Shown piece by piece: positions 24,840-36,700 of a DNA stretch of 64,000 nt; position 1 is the stretch's first letter; each line of letters opens with the position of its first letter. The DNA is from Raillietiella orientalis. Its lineage: Eukaryota. Made by a program: the position numbers and the translations under genes. The stretch is from contig JAYWIR010000017.1 of assembly GCA_036172245.1 (NCBI GenBank), positions 1,736,001-1,800,000 on the forward strand, read 5' to 3'. A model generated the notes under the pieces. That model was given only the letters and a program-made list of their open reading frames with translations, was not told the DNA's origin and made no database searches.

Positions 24840-26700
24840 CACAAGGAACCAGAGTTGTGAGCGTGCGGTATTTCGCAGAATGAATGCTCGGATTTGAGAA
24901 GCACGATTTCCTGACATGAATCTCCAGGGTAACTTCCTCAGTTGATTCAAGTACCTGGTTGAAAGAATTCTTTACATCGAGACTGAAACCGAAGCGAAGC
25001 TGGAGCAGAGAAGAAATTACATTAAGGGAAACCCTACTGCTGGTGTTTTTTCGATGCCGAAGGTAGCAGCCGTAGCTGGGTTTCAACAGCTGAATGGATG
25101 AGTTAATCGAGATGCCTAATTCCCATTCCCCTTGTCTACGTCTAAATACTTGGAGGAAAGTTTTGTCTGAATGACAACAAGTTTAAAATCCTTTGGGTCT
25201 AATGAATTAGTGGCAAAACAGCAATCAAGCACCCATTTTGTGTTCGAAATATCCACTCTGAACGATTTCTTTGTCTGCACACAGCTTGCCGTATCCTACC
25301 TCCCTCAATGAGCCATTTCCCTTCAAATATGCAGAAGATAATAGAAGTTATCAGGATAATATTGCAGATGAGCAGATGCTCATTTGGAGACATGGATATG
25401 GATAGAGCAATCTGAATTTACCGATTCATTCCATCGCATCCTTACATTCTGGCTTTGTAGATACACATTTATTTGTCCACATATTGGTCATTTCAGAGTA
25501 TGAACAAAAAGCTCGTCTCTGCATCATTAAGATAGGTGATACATACAACGAGAAAGAAACTAATAACACTCTTAGAAGAAAACTGTATAGAGAGCGTAAC
25601 GATGCCGTGCTTTTGAATATCCAGTTTCCGTGCCTCTTCTGCTATGTTTCGAACATCTTTCCCAACTTTGCTATTATTTGTTCCGGAACCACAGGGATTT
25701 CGTTCCACTAAGGATCGTCCGTTAGCTTGCATTGCTTTATGGATCTGAGAATCATTCATCTTGCACATTACAAGATGGGAAGATCTCCACACGAATGCAT
25801 CGATCGTTCGGGTGCTCCCGTTGGCGGGAACATCTCACGAGCACGGGCTAGCGCGTCCGTGAAGATGCGGACGAGGGAACGGCCCCTTCGCGACGACCTC
25901 GGAACGGGTCTTTTCCTGGCGACCGTCTGCTTTGCGGACGGGGCGTGGCAAGCCGGTCGGCGGATGCTCGAAGGGCGGGAATTCGCGTAACCCAGCATGG
26001 TCTTTTCCGTCGGCGCCCAGGATCCGAACCAGATCCCGAGGACTTCCGTGGCGTGCGGCGAGCAGGAGGAGAAGAGCCAGCGCGCGTTCGCCAGATCGTC
26101 TGGCGAGAAGTCCGAGTACCGAGCGGTCCCCCCCTCTGCGTTCCGAAGGGAAGACCCCAGGCAAGTCAAGACCGGACTTTCGTCAGGGGACAAAGTGCAC
26201 TTGGTCGGCGGGTGCGGCGCATAGGCGCCCCCTCCATTCCCCACTCCACGCCTACTGGAGCAACTGGAACAGGTCGGCCGTCCGCTACGCAGCTGCCGAT
26301 TGCACGACGCGCAACCGCACCACGTTGCGAAATCGGCGCGCGCCTCTTCGGCGGAGTGGGGGCGGGGCTGGTCCGCGGGCCGCGCGCCTGCCGACCCGGG
26401 GCGCTTCGTGGAGCGTCGCGAACCGGAAGGCACGTTGGCCGCCCTCTTCGTGGCGAGCCGCTTGCTCTCGCCCGATCGGAAAACGCCCGTAGGCATGCTT
26501 GGCGCCGAAAGACAGCGGCTACAGAACGTGCCATCCGGATCGACGCCTCGCCCTTCCTCTTTGCACCAACAAAACAGTCTTCGTCTTCACGCCACTTCCA
26601 GTCTAGGTGGTGGTAGTAGGCTCCTGCACCTTTCCTTCCTGCGGTGTTGCGAGCGGAAGTGGTTGTCACCTCGTCGACAACCGGACGGCAGATGATTTAG
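24840..26700 (-). mobile_element. Degenerate L1/Tx1-like RT fossil in intron 1, antisense to the receptor
   Basis: Collinear decayed RT motifs: RDAPRSAPGR (LD..KAFDR-like), CVADGRP...GVGNGGGAYAP (VNG...GVRQGCPLSP-like), YSDFSPDD (YADD-like), EVLGIWFG (KxLGxxF). The AT-rich continuation below 25800 is less certain. Confidence 0.5.
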
Positions 26701-26801
26701 GAGGAGAGAAAGGAAGGAAAGCAAAGCGACTGGGTCTGACCTTGAAAGAAAGACATTTGGCATTTGAAAACGTCATTCATGTATGCAAATTTTTCCTCCA
26801 G

Positions 26802-26902
26802 GTCACAAAAATGCTACTTATTGTTGTTATTCTGTTCGCAATTTGTTGGTTCCCGCTCCAGCTTTACCACGTCCTTCAGGAAATCCTTCCTTCCATCAAC
26901 GA
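26802..26902 (+). CDS. Lkr: Leucokinin receptor-like GPCR, coding exon 2 (TM6, ECL3)
   Basis: Acceptor ttttcctccag| at 26801. Encodes VTKMLLIVVILFAICWFPLQLYHVLQEILPSIN (CWxP motif). 101 nt, donor GA|GTAAGT at 26903, phase 2. Confidence 0.93.
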
Positions 26903-27049
26903 GTAAGTACCAGGGCGTGGCATTTCCTGCACGAGATTGGTACGGATGCAGTGCATGCGTATCCTCTTGCGGCGACCGCGAACACTCGTTGCCTCCCCTT
27001 GACCTCCCCCTCGGAGACCCTCGGCAAGCGCGAAAGACCACACGCCTCC

Positions 27050-27600
27050 TGGAACACGTGCGCACAGACAAACGGAAAAAGTGCGTGTTAACGGGAAGGA
27101 ATTGCGGCTACGTGTTGCACTCATTGCCGTCGGGAAAGGAGGCGCGCAATCGGCTCCATGGAAAACGACGATGTCGTTCTGGAAGAAGGACCGGGCACGG
27201 GAAAAGGGATGGCGATTTGCCTCTCGGCGTGGAGCACGGTCGCCTCCTCGGAAGGAGATGACGCGACTTCGTCAGCTTTTCGCTCCCCTGGCGAGGCTGC
27301 CAGAAGGAACGGGCACGGGGTGCTCTCCTTGAGTCGTCGCGGGCAGCGGCACGGCTTTCAGCGGTTCTCGGCGGCAGACCGGAATCCCTGCTCCGCCGGC
27401 TTCCAACTTCCCGGGAAGAGCTCGAAAAAAAAAAAAAAAAACAGACCGATCGGCCGGAGGATGCTTTGTCTTTGCTCCGGGTCCACCGGCAACAGTCCGA
27501 TGCTCCCTCCGTGCGACGACTCCAGGACGAGGGTCACGCAGCCCCTCCGTCAACGGGCGGGCGGGCACGCATGCGCGCCCAAGAGCCAGCCTCTTTCGGC
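27050..27600 (-). mobile_element. Possible LINE RT N-terminal fossil in intron 2
   Basis: VAGGPG...VFF...; SRVISFRGGD (RPISL...D-like). Very degenerate and GC-shifted. Confidence 0.3.
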
Positions 27601-29515
27601 GATCTCCGGATCACGCTTTCTCGGAAATGCGCCTCCCGTCAATCGTGTTGGCGCATGCCGAATGCCGCGACCGCTCGCTCTTTCCCTGTTTCGACCGCCT
27701 GGAACGGACACGTTGTTTCCCGTTTCTTCCCCGCACGTGAGACGAATGCTCTTGCGCATCTGCGAATCGCAGCAAGCCGTTGCCACCTAAGCGAGTAATC
27801 CACTTACCTACGTGGAAGGGCCAACTTTCCTGGATGGCGGCCGGAGGGACGGCCCTCCGGCCGCCATCCGATGCGATTCTTTGCCGGCCGACTGGGCTCC
27901 GTGGTGTACGACTGCGACTTGACGTTGGCGGGCAGGCGTCCCTCTCTGCAGACGTGCAGGTCTCGCACCTTCCAGTTCCGCAATCTGGAGCGCTGAGCCC
28001 CGGCTGCCTTTCCGCGTGCCTCTTCCAGTTGGTGCGGGTGGAGCGGAGTCTGCCTTTTCTCCGGCAGGCTGGCAAATCTCCTGCGTGCACTCGCGAGTCG
28101 CAAGCGTCTGCCGTGTCATGGCTCCAGGCAGGTGTCGTCTCCTGCTCTTCCGGTTTCTTCGTTTCCTTCGCTCTCGCGGCCAGCGCGCTCGAGCATCGCA
28201 GTACTGGCTCTGGCACACTCGAAGGAGGTGTCCGCTGCCGGCAACTTGTGCATCCTCCTTCTTCTTCAACTTCTCCCGCTTCTGCCTGGCAGAAGCGGTT
28301 CGCAAAAGGTGCGGATGCTCCGTTCGATATCCCAGCAACGAGGCTTTGCGGATTTGCGAGGAGCTGGAATTCGCGCGCGCGCTATCAAAGAAGGGAATGC
28401 AGGATCCAAAGAAACTCGCCAAAGTCCAGGTTCGGCTAGCCGGTTGCATTCGGTGGACAGATTAAGGATGGGAGACTGCAGCACACCTGAAATGTTTTGT
28501 TTCCTTTTTTTCTTTCCTCTCCCTTCCCAAGCCCTTCTCGGGCACGCTCCTCTGGAAGGAAAGCCCCGTTGGGTTGGTGCTCCCGATCGGAGCAAAGATT
28601 GCCGGAGAGAATGGAGATGGGATGGAAGTTGCAAGAAAGCACAAGGGCTCTTCGGAGAGACGAACTGCTTGCGCTCTGTATCTCTTGCGTAGGGAGGATT
28701 GCCATCGTTCTTCTGCGTGTCCCGACGCTTGTTGCGACCCTCTTCATTCCGATCGAAGCAGCTTCCGGCTTTCCGGGTTCCAATCGTGGCAACAGCTGCT
28801 GCTGCTGCTGCTGTGCTACTGCTCGTGCTTGCAGCAGAAGCGCGCGCACTTGCTGTGATGGTGCGCGCACGCGGTTCGCGCTCGATGACTCCTTCGCGTA
28901 GAAGGAATCGCGGGGCGCACAGTCGAGTCGTTCGAAACGGCCTCGTCCGTGGTAGGGCTCCTTTCCTGATTCGCTTTTCAATGTTTCCTCATACCCGTCT
29001 ATCAACGGCGGGGACACCTGGTAGCTGGTGCCCCAGCAACGCACCGCAGCCGACGCCGCCGGTGTCCACCACTGCTGGTTTCGTTCTGTGCAAAGATGCT
29101 TCCCTGTGAAACAACAACTGCGTACGGGAGGAAGTAGAAGAGTTCGCTTTTGTTTCGGTTTCTCCAGCTGTACATTGCGATTAGCATGCGTATCATCATC
29201 CAATTGTGAGCATTGCATTCGCTGTCCCTATGCGTTCCTTTCATTCGCATTTGAAGTTAATCTTCGTCTTATCTTAGCATGCTTACCGAGCATGCCAGAT
29301 CAAGATGTTCCGCCCCTACCTTTATTTATTTATTTTTTTTTGCTACCTTCTCGCGACTCTTCTGGATAGTGAGTTGCTCGGCTTTGCGCACCTGTAACCG
29401 TACGCGTACCACGCCCTGCGGTCAAAGGATTAATCCGGTTTTTTGCAAGCATTTTTCCTTATAGATGACAACAGGAAGAGGACTGCAGGATTGTATTGAT
29501 TGGTCTTGTTTTCAG

Positions 29516-29606
29516 TTACAGATATATCAATGTCATCTGGTTCTGCTTCCACTGGCTTGCCATGAGCAACAGCTGCTGCAATCCATTCATATATGGCATA
29601 CACAAT
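29516..29606 (+). CDS. Lkr: Leucokinin receptor-like GPCR, coding exon 3 (TM7)
   Basis: Acceptor tcttgttttcag| at 29515. The first base completes GA+T = Asp, then YRYINVIWFCFHWLAMSNSCCNPFIYGIHN (NPxxY). 91 nt, donor |GTAAGT at 29607, phase 0. Confidence 0.93.
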
Positions 29607-32600
29607 GTAAGTTGCGAGAAAGAAAAGTTTGAATTCTGTGAGATAGCAGCCAAGCGCCCAGAAATGCAAAGAATTTGGGGCAGGTATGCGCAAAGTTGAG
29701 TACAAACTCGGATGACGTACCATGCGCAAAGTTCCGAATGCTTCAAACAAGCCGCATGCGCCGACTCTCAGCGAATTAGTGTGGCAGATGCTCACGTATT
29801 GTGCCTCATCAAGAATGCTTTGGTACATAAATCTCTTTCGTAGGTGGAGAGATTGATGCTCGCATCAATCGTGCGATAAATAGTTAACCAAGAAACCGAA
29901 ATGCACTCCGGAACTTCCGAATGCCCAAAGCGTGATTCGATGGACTGCAATTGCGCCACCGCGCAGGCAACCAACCACCCTTTTTGTCAACAAAAAATTG
30001 CACAGTCTCCCTCGTGTGCGGAATCGGCATCCGGCACAACATGCGCCGCATTCGTATCGCCTCAGGGCCGTTCCGTCGTCCCTTCTTGCTCACTTTCTTC
30101 ATTCCGGATCGACAGTCGACGTTCGGAGTTTTCTTTGCGTGCCACTTGGCCATCGTTGGACGTTGCGCCTTGGAAGGGCCGCTTCTAAGCACACCTTTGC
30201 TTCCTAGCCCGAACGACGACGAATGGTTGCCGTCCATGCGGGCTCGCGTCCGAGGAGGCTTCCGTTGTTCATCGATCATCAAAGGTCACTCGTTGAACCT
30301 CATGGAAGAATGCGCATGTACCCTGCTGTTGGAGACTGCTTCCTGCTTTGAGTTTTTACCTCGACTTTTCATCTCCCAGTGCAATGTCCTCGTAGCTTCG
30401 CGCCGTTGTCTACATTCCTCTTCCTCTTATCCTGCCTGATTTCGCTTGATCACATCCATCTTCTTGCCTCGTAATACCGTGACTTTGTAAATGCTCGGCG
30501 ACAACTCCGATTCTCATTGATGTATGTACGTCTCCATCGTTCACGTGCACAGCCATTGCTCTGTTAGAAACTTCCACTCAGTAGGAAGTGAGGAATAGCC
30601 ACCACGCTCTTGGTGGCGCTTTTCCTTCCGGATCAGCGTTTGGAGAGTTGCAATCCTCCCGGAAGCTTCCGCTCGGCCCGATTCAAGCCTTCAACTCGAT
30701 CTTGCTCCTGATGAGCAAGATCAGCTGCGCGTATTGTACTGATCTGCTGGCATGTTACGAGTCCTTCTTTTCTCTTTCTTTTCCCTTAGATACCTCGATA
30801 CTCCGCTCCACGTCGTGCAACAAAACATGTCAGCTACGAAATTGAAGGCAAAAACAACAGCAACAACTGTTCGTTCGATGAATCAACTTGAGGAACGCAC
30901 GCATACACACACACGCATGAAGGATCTCTCTGATCGTGGAAAAGAGTTCCACCGTTTCGCTACCGTTATGAGAAAGAAGGCATCTTCTCTCTTCCTTATT
31001 AACGGTTCCCTGTAAAGGACCCCTGCAATGTTCCATTTTAAAATTCCATTCCCGATTCGGGTGAAGATTCGAGCCAAAATAGAGACCGCGCTTGCCACTT
31101 TCCATGCAGTTTCCCTGAACTCCTCCCGCGAGCTTCCTACTTTGGAAGGAAGAAGGCCTCATTTACTATTCGCCCTCTCACTATCCTCCACAGGTGGATC
31201 GGAGATTCTCGTCTCCTTCGACCTTGCTCAAACGGTCATCCTGATCAAAGCAAGGAGTGCAACTCATTTTTCCTTTGCTTTGATTGCTTTCCATCGTGGT
31301 CTTCTCCACCTCCGTCCTTGCATTGTGCCTCCTGCTCTTCCGAGATTTCCGTTCACTCTGCAGATTTCCAACAGCGACAATGCCTTCCATCATGTACCAC
31401 GACCAGAGCAACTACCGCCACATGTAGTCCCACAACTGAACGCTTTCCTGCAATGCTTCCCAAATCGCACAGGTGTTCATCATATTGTGCTAACGTGGAC
31501 CTAAGCATGCTGCATCTTTCCAACTCCACTAGAGTTGGAATTCTTCGGCAGGAATCCTCTCCATCCTTCAGATGACGTGAATTATCATCTCGATAGATGA
31601 GTTCGCTGTACCGAAGGCGTTTTTCTACTAATCGTCGATGCGACGTACGAATCCGTTAGTCCCTCACTCCTACATGGGTTGCATTCAGGCAAACTCCACT
31701 TTATGCTGGTGTCCCACTCCCCATTTTCCACACACCTTTCTGCACTTCTCTGATGGAAGCGTTTCGAGTCGAAGAACGGGGATCTCTAAGAATCTGCAAA
31801 CAGCAACCCCATTCCCAAGTTACATCTTGCCACGATGACAAACAACCAAAGGCCCTTTGGGCTTCCGAAGTGTGAGGACACGGTGTTCAGCAACACTGCT
31901 TATTGGCAGTCTCTTGATCTGCTTTCTCCGGAAAAACAATTCATTCGCGAGCGCACCGATGATCGTTTCTCTTCTTCCTTGTGTTTCATCTTTTGCGCGT
32001 TCGCATTCCTCAGAGTACCTCTCACTCCTTTACCTCAAACGCACTCCAAAGGGTGGAGAAACTCCTAGAAGCAGGAAGCAGCCTACGCGCCCTTCCGCTT
32101 CTTCGAATGGAAGACCCAGCACAACAAACTTCTGCTTCCCGAATCGCCCCCCATCGTGCGTCTTCTTCCTGCATGCGATGACGGTGAGGAAATGCGTTCT
32201 TCGTTTTGCGCTGTTGGCCGCCAGCCACACACCGATCCGCAACAGGACTTCATCGCGGCATGCACCGCTCCACTTCGGAAAACGACGTGCGCTACTCGCC
32301 GGCCTTTCCACGTGATGATAATTCTTCTCATTCTATCCATGCCCAAAGCATGTTGTTGCGTGCACTTCCGGTGCTGCCAATCTCTGAACGAGGCACGCTT
32401 ACCATTCTTCCATCGCAGCAGACTTGGATTGCAAACGAGTCGCTCGGCAACGGCGCAAGTCGTACCTCAACATTCCTCTTTTCGTGCCAGCAGATTTTCG
32501 GACTCGGTGCACGCGTTTCCAGAGCTACAGACCCCACTTTGCCTTCTGCACGGAGTTCACGTTGCTCCGAAGGGACTGGAAACACGAACATGCCGGAGGG

Positions 32601-35400
32601 CATAGGAGTTTACCGGCTCGGCATCCGGCGCACACGTTCGGAAATGCGAGCGTGTCACGCATTCCTCATTCCTTGACTTGGTTTTCAGCGCACGCCGTGC
32701 ATCGGCACGAGATGGACACGGGAATGGAGCACTGCGTGTGCTGTGCCCACGCGGCTGGCTGCGGAGGGGAGTGCACGGGGAGCGACGAACGCTGCTCGTG
32801 TCGCGCGGACCACGCACCAGGGAAGGCAAGCTACTTGATTTTCGGACAGTGAAAGTAGAAGCGGGATATCTCCGGCAGCATATTATCCGGAGCGAAGAAG
32901 TCACGATCCGCCTGAATGCCTTCCGGCTCGTCAACAGACGTCATCCTCTTTACGGGCGTGCGAAATGCACGTTCCCGTGAGCAAGCACTGCGTGAAAGGG
33001 ACCTTCGTTGAGAGGTGAGGCTAAGCGGGCGGAGAGTTTGCACACCACGAAAGAAGGAAGGAAGGTGGAATGTGAAGGAAGGATTTGCAAGGAAGATGGA
33101 ACGTGTAAGTGACTGGAAGATTACTTCTGGATGTCCGCGGAGCTGAAAAGTGCCTGACTGCGTGATTTTTTTTTCCCTCCATCGAAAGCGTGCAATTGTG
33201 GTGAACTTGTAATGCAGAAAGGAAGAATCGAGGGCGGGCGCCCAACGAAGCAGGAAGAAGCAAAGGGCAATCCAGATGCGATGCTGAAGCTGTAAGTTCG
33301 AGAGGGATCGCGGTGCTTCTTGTCTGCATGCATCTCCTAATTATGGAAGAAATTAAGATGATTGAAACTTGTTGCACGATCATCGAAAGAGCAGTCACGA
33401 ATCGGTGGACATGGAAACGCTGAACACTGAGGCGATCTTCTATGATCATCTCCTCGTTCCCATGGAATTACTGGTCCGTAATCCACGTTGATTTTTTTTT
33501 GTTTTTGTTTGCAATGGTTCGAACGGGCTGATTGCATCCCCTGCAAACGAAATCAAAGGGAAGAGTGCTCTCTGAAACCCAAATATCCGTGCGAGCAACA
33601 AGGACCGGAAAACGATCCGTGTCTGGAGATGTTGCCATCCAGTGAAGAAACGAGATGCGGAGAGAGACTGCCTGTTGTCAGGACGGGAAGAAGAACGCGA
33701 CAAGGGATTCTTGTGAGAGGAGTCTGCCTGCTACGAGGCTGCAGATTAGGCTGCACTTTAGACTTTTCGTCATGCGTTTTTTCCTTTTCTTCTCCACGTT
33801 ACCTGGACACCTTTCTCGTGCTATGCTGTCCGGGGTCAGCGCTGCGCTTTTGCTGCGCAGCTTGGTTGACGCTTTCCAGCTCTCCTTGTCATGCTTGGTG
33901 CAGAGTATCTACTACATAGCAACACTTGCAGGCGCGGATGGTGGTGAAGAGAACTTGGACGGATAGGAAGGGCTTCCCACTGCAAAGTCAGCATGAAACG
34001 GAATCCAGTAGCCCTGACCAAACGAGCCAATGCGCCTTGAGATTTTCTTGGAAAACGCAGCAAGGCGTGGAGGCAACAAGCGTTGCTTCGATGCCCGTGG
34101 CCCAAGTGCCACGCTGGCTCGTCTTGTTTCCGATCCTGGTGAACGCATCCTGGGCCAACATGAATTGACAGCCAGCCAGGTGCCCGGTTTGCTGCACTTT
34201 GCCGAAGCAATCGAAACGCATACGCTGCGGGTGCGCGCGGTATGTTCCGCTGCAAGCCGCAAAGCGGAAACGCGTGTTGAGGTGGATCTTTCGTTCTCTG
34301 CAAACGAATCGTTGCATCACCTCACGGCCTCCTTCTCTGCTTGCACTTCACCTTCGAATGTTCCACGTTCGCTTTTCCTTCGATTTCCGGGTGGTTTCTC
34401 TGAACCGCTGTCAGCGAGAAAATGGGAAGCAGATGGATGATGTTTTACCGGGTTCGAGAGGGACTGGTTTTCAAGAGAGTTGGCCACCCTAGTCGAACAT
34501 AGGGAGATCCAGTGCTCCTGATCCGCAAACAAGACAGGAATGACTTTTTCCCGGTGCGCCAAGAGCGATGCAGGAGATTTCTTTCGAAAGCCTTGCTCGG
34601 ATGCCCGTCAAGTGGAGAAACGGCTTGGCAAACGCGTCCTCTCCGTTCGCGTGCAAACCGAGAATTCTCTTTGCTCTCCCATGGCCACGGGTGCGAAGCG
34701 ATTCGGGAAATACAGGGGTTTCTGCCAGCGGGCAAAGAGCTACCTTAGCGGACGCGAGTGCAGGAATGCGCTACGGGACTCCTTTCGTTTCGGGAAAGGC
34801 GTTTTCAGTGTCCTCCTTACACTCCGAACGTGCTTACGTGGAACTGTCACCTGGACGCATGGGGGTCTTTGGCTTTCGCGTACACCTCGAAAGCGTTCGA
34901 ACGTGCACTCCGGATGGCAACTGTTGGAGAGGGATAGGCAGAAGTTTCCACAGCGGAAAGGAGCCGTTTGCAAGTCGATCCAGTCGCCTGCTGATCGCAA
35001 AGCGTGTGGTTCGAAAACGTTTCGTCTTCCGGTTGGAATTCACTTGCCGTTGTGGAACTCGCCGGCATGACTGCGAAACGGAAGTCCAGCGACGGGCATC
35101 AGTTGCGACAAAAAAAAATGGTTTTTCCCTTTTTTGCACACCGCTCGGCTTGAGAGAACGGACGATACTTTTTTCACGTTTTGAATGGATGAAGAGCGCT
35201 GAGACAAACGGATGGGTTGAGCGACGAGGCGAAAGGCACTCGGGAGGCTGCATTCGCAGCAGGCGTTCGCTCCATTGCTTCCTGCACTTTTTTTCTTCAA
35301 TTCTTTGGTGATCTCCAAAGACGGTTGAAAACGAAAATGCAGCAATGAAGCGACCAATGGATCCATGTGAGAAGTGCTAAACTTGTGTTTCTGTTGATAG

Positions 35401-35595
35401 GATAATTTCCGACGGGAGTTTGGGTTCAGACTTGATTGTTGCTGTTGGTTTCTGAAACGCCGAAGAGACATGTCTGATTCCAGAAGCAGGACCAGATCTC
35501 AGAGGTCAAGAAGGAACAGGTCCCTCAATAAGATGGTGCTTGTCTCAAGTGAGAACAGCACCGGAATCAGAAACCTGAGTTTGAAAATGCAGTAG
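35401..35595 (+). CDS. Lkr: Leucokinin receptor-like GPCR, terminal coding exon 4 (helix 8 and C-tail)
   Basis: Not in the ORF track. Acceptor gctaaacttgtgtttctgttgatag| at 35400, phase 0. Translates DNFRREFGFRLDCCCWFLKRRRDMSDSRSRTRSQRSRRNRSLNKMVLVSSENSTGIRNLSLKMQ then TAG (35593-35595). FRREF is the expected helix-8 motif and is followed by a cysteine cluster. The spliced CDS is 1116 nt = 371 aa plus stop. Confidence 0.85.
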   Translation, partial: DNFRREFGFRLDCCCWFLKRRRDMSDSRSRTRSQRSRRNRSLNKMVLVSSENSTGIRNLSLKMQ

Positions 35596-35699
35596 CATCT
35601 CTGTAAACCCTGCATCTTGCCCAGAATGCCAGAGAATATCGAAGTGGGCCATAGACGATAGACGGATTAGGCTTCAGGCTGATGGATGCCTTTCAGACT

Positions 35700-36700
35700 G
35701 CTTTTCCAACAGATTCCCTAGACATCACAATTCCAAAGATGGAAGGGAGTCCGGACACTGCTTGCTTGACGAAGAGGCAGATCCGGAGTCGCGTGCCCCC
35801 AAGCTGTGCGCTTAGAGTGCCAGACAGTGATGCATCTTCCTCCAAGCACCGGAATGCACTCGATGCCTTGTCGTACTTGTGGTGCGCACCTTGTCGAGGC
35901 GCGAATCGAGGCGCGCAAAGGGCAAATTGCGAGGTCTTCCAATGATTTCGACTGCGACATATTCCGACATGACGTCCTTTCTCTTCAAAGTCAGTAAAGA
36001 TTGGCTCTCCACTCGGGAGGAGTCTGCATTCCCACTCCGTTCCTTACGTTTTGCCACCGCAGCACCTCCACCTTCCTCGCCAGTTCACCATTTCTCATTA
36101 GTCGACGAGAAACTTTCTTGATCTGGACAGCTTTCCCCATCCGATTGGACATCCTGAACTTTATCCAATTTTCCATTTTATCGAACTGCTTCCTCTTCAA
36201 GATACTCGATGAGAAATGGAATGCGGATGTAGGTAAACATCAAAGCACTTTCTTTGAAATTTGGAAATTTTGGAGTTCTTGACGACGCTTACTTGGCAAT
36301 CTGCTTTTTTCCTTTTCTCCAGCACCCTGTGTGCACAGAGCGGTTCGCTTACCGGCTCTCGTGCATTTCCAGGCCGAGTCTCCACTTTCCAGAAATCATC
36401 CATTCTGTTCGACAGCCGCGACAGTTCCAGTTCTGACGTCCAGGATTTCTCCTTTCGTCTTGCTTGCATTTCGAAACACCAAAAAACAGCCGTGCTCTTG
36501 TTGTTGGACGATCATCACACCATGACTATCGATGATTCGGTGCTTTGCGAATCAGGTTGACAAGCCGAATGGAAACTATCCTTCATCCACTTTGCAGATA
36601 CCCCCAGGAAAGATTTCGAGGACCTGCATTCTGTGAATGACTTTCGCAGGGATGGTGAAGAGACGTTATCGCATTCTAGGAAGGAAACGATTCGACGAAA
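35700..36700 (-). mobile_element. Degenerate RTE-like LINE reverse transcriptase fossil just downstream of the receptor stop codon
   Basis: LSRLSNRMDDFWKVETRPGNAREPVSEPL (L..L...IW..E..P..W..., RT start), KQFDKMENWIKFRMSNRMG (KAFD.V.W......L..MG) and VRNGVG (GVRQG-like) in collinear order. Confidence 0.5.
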
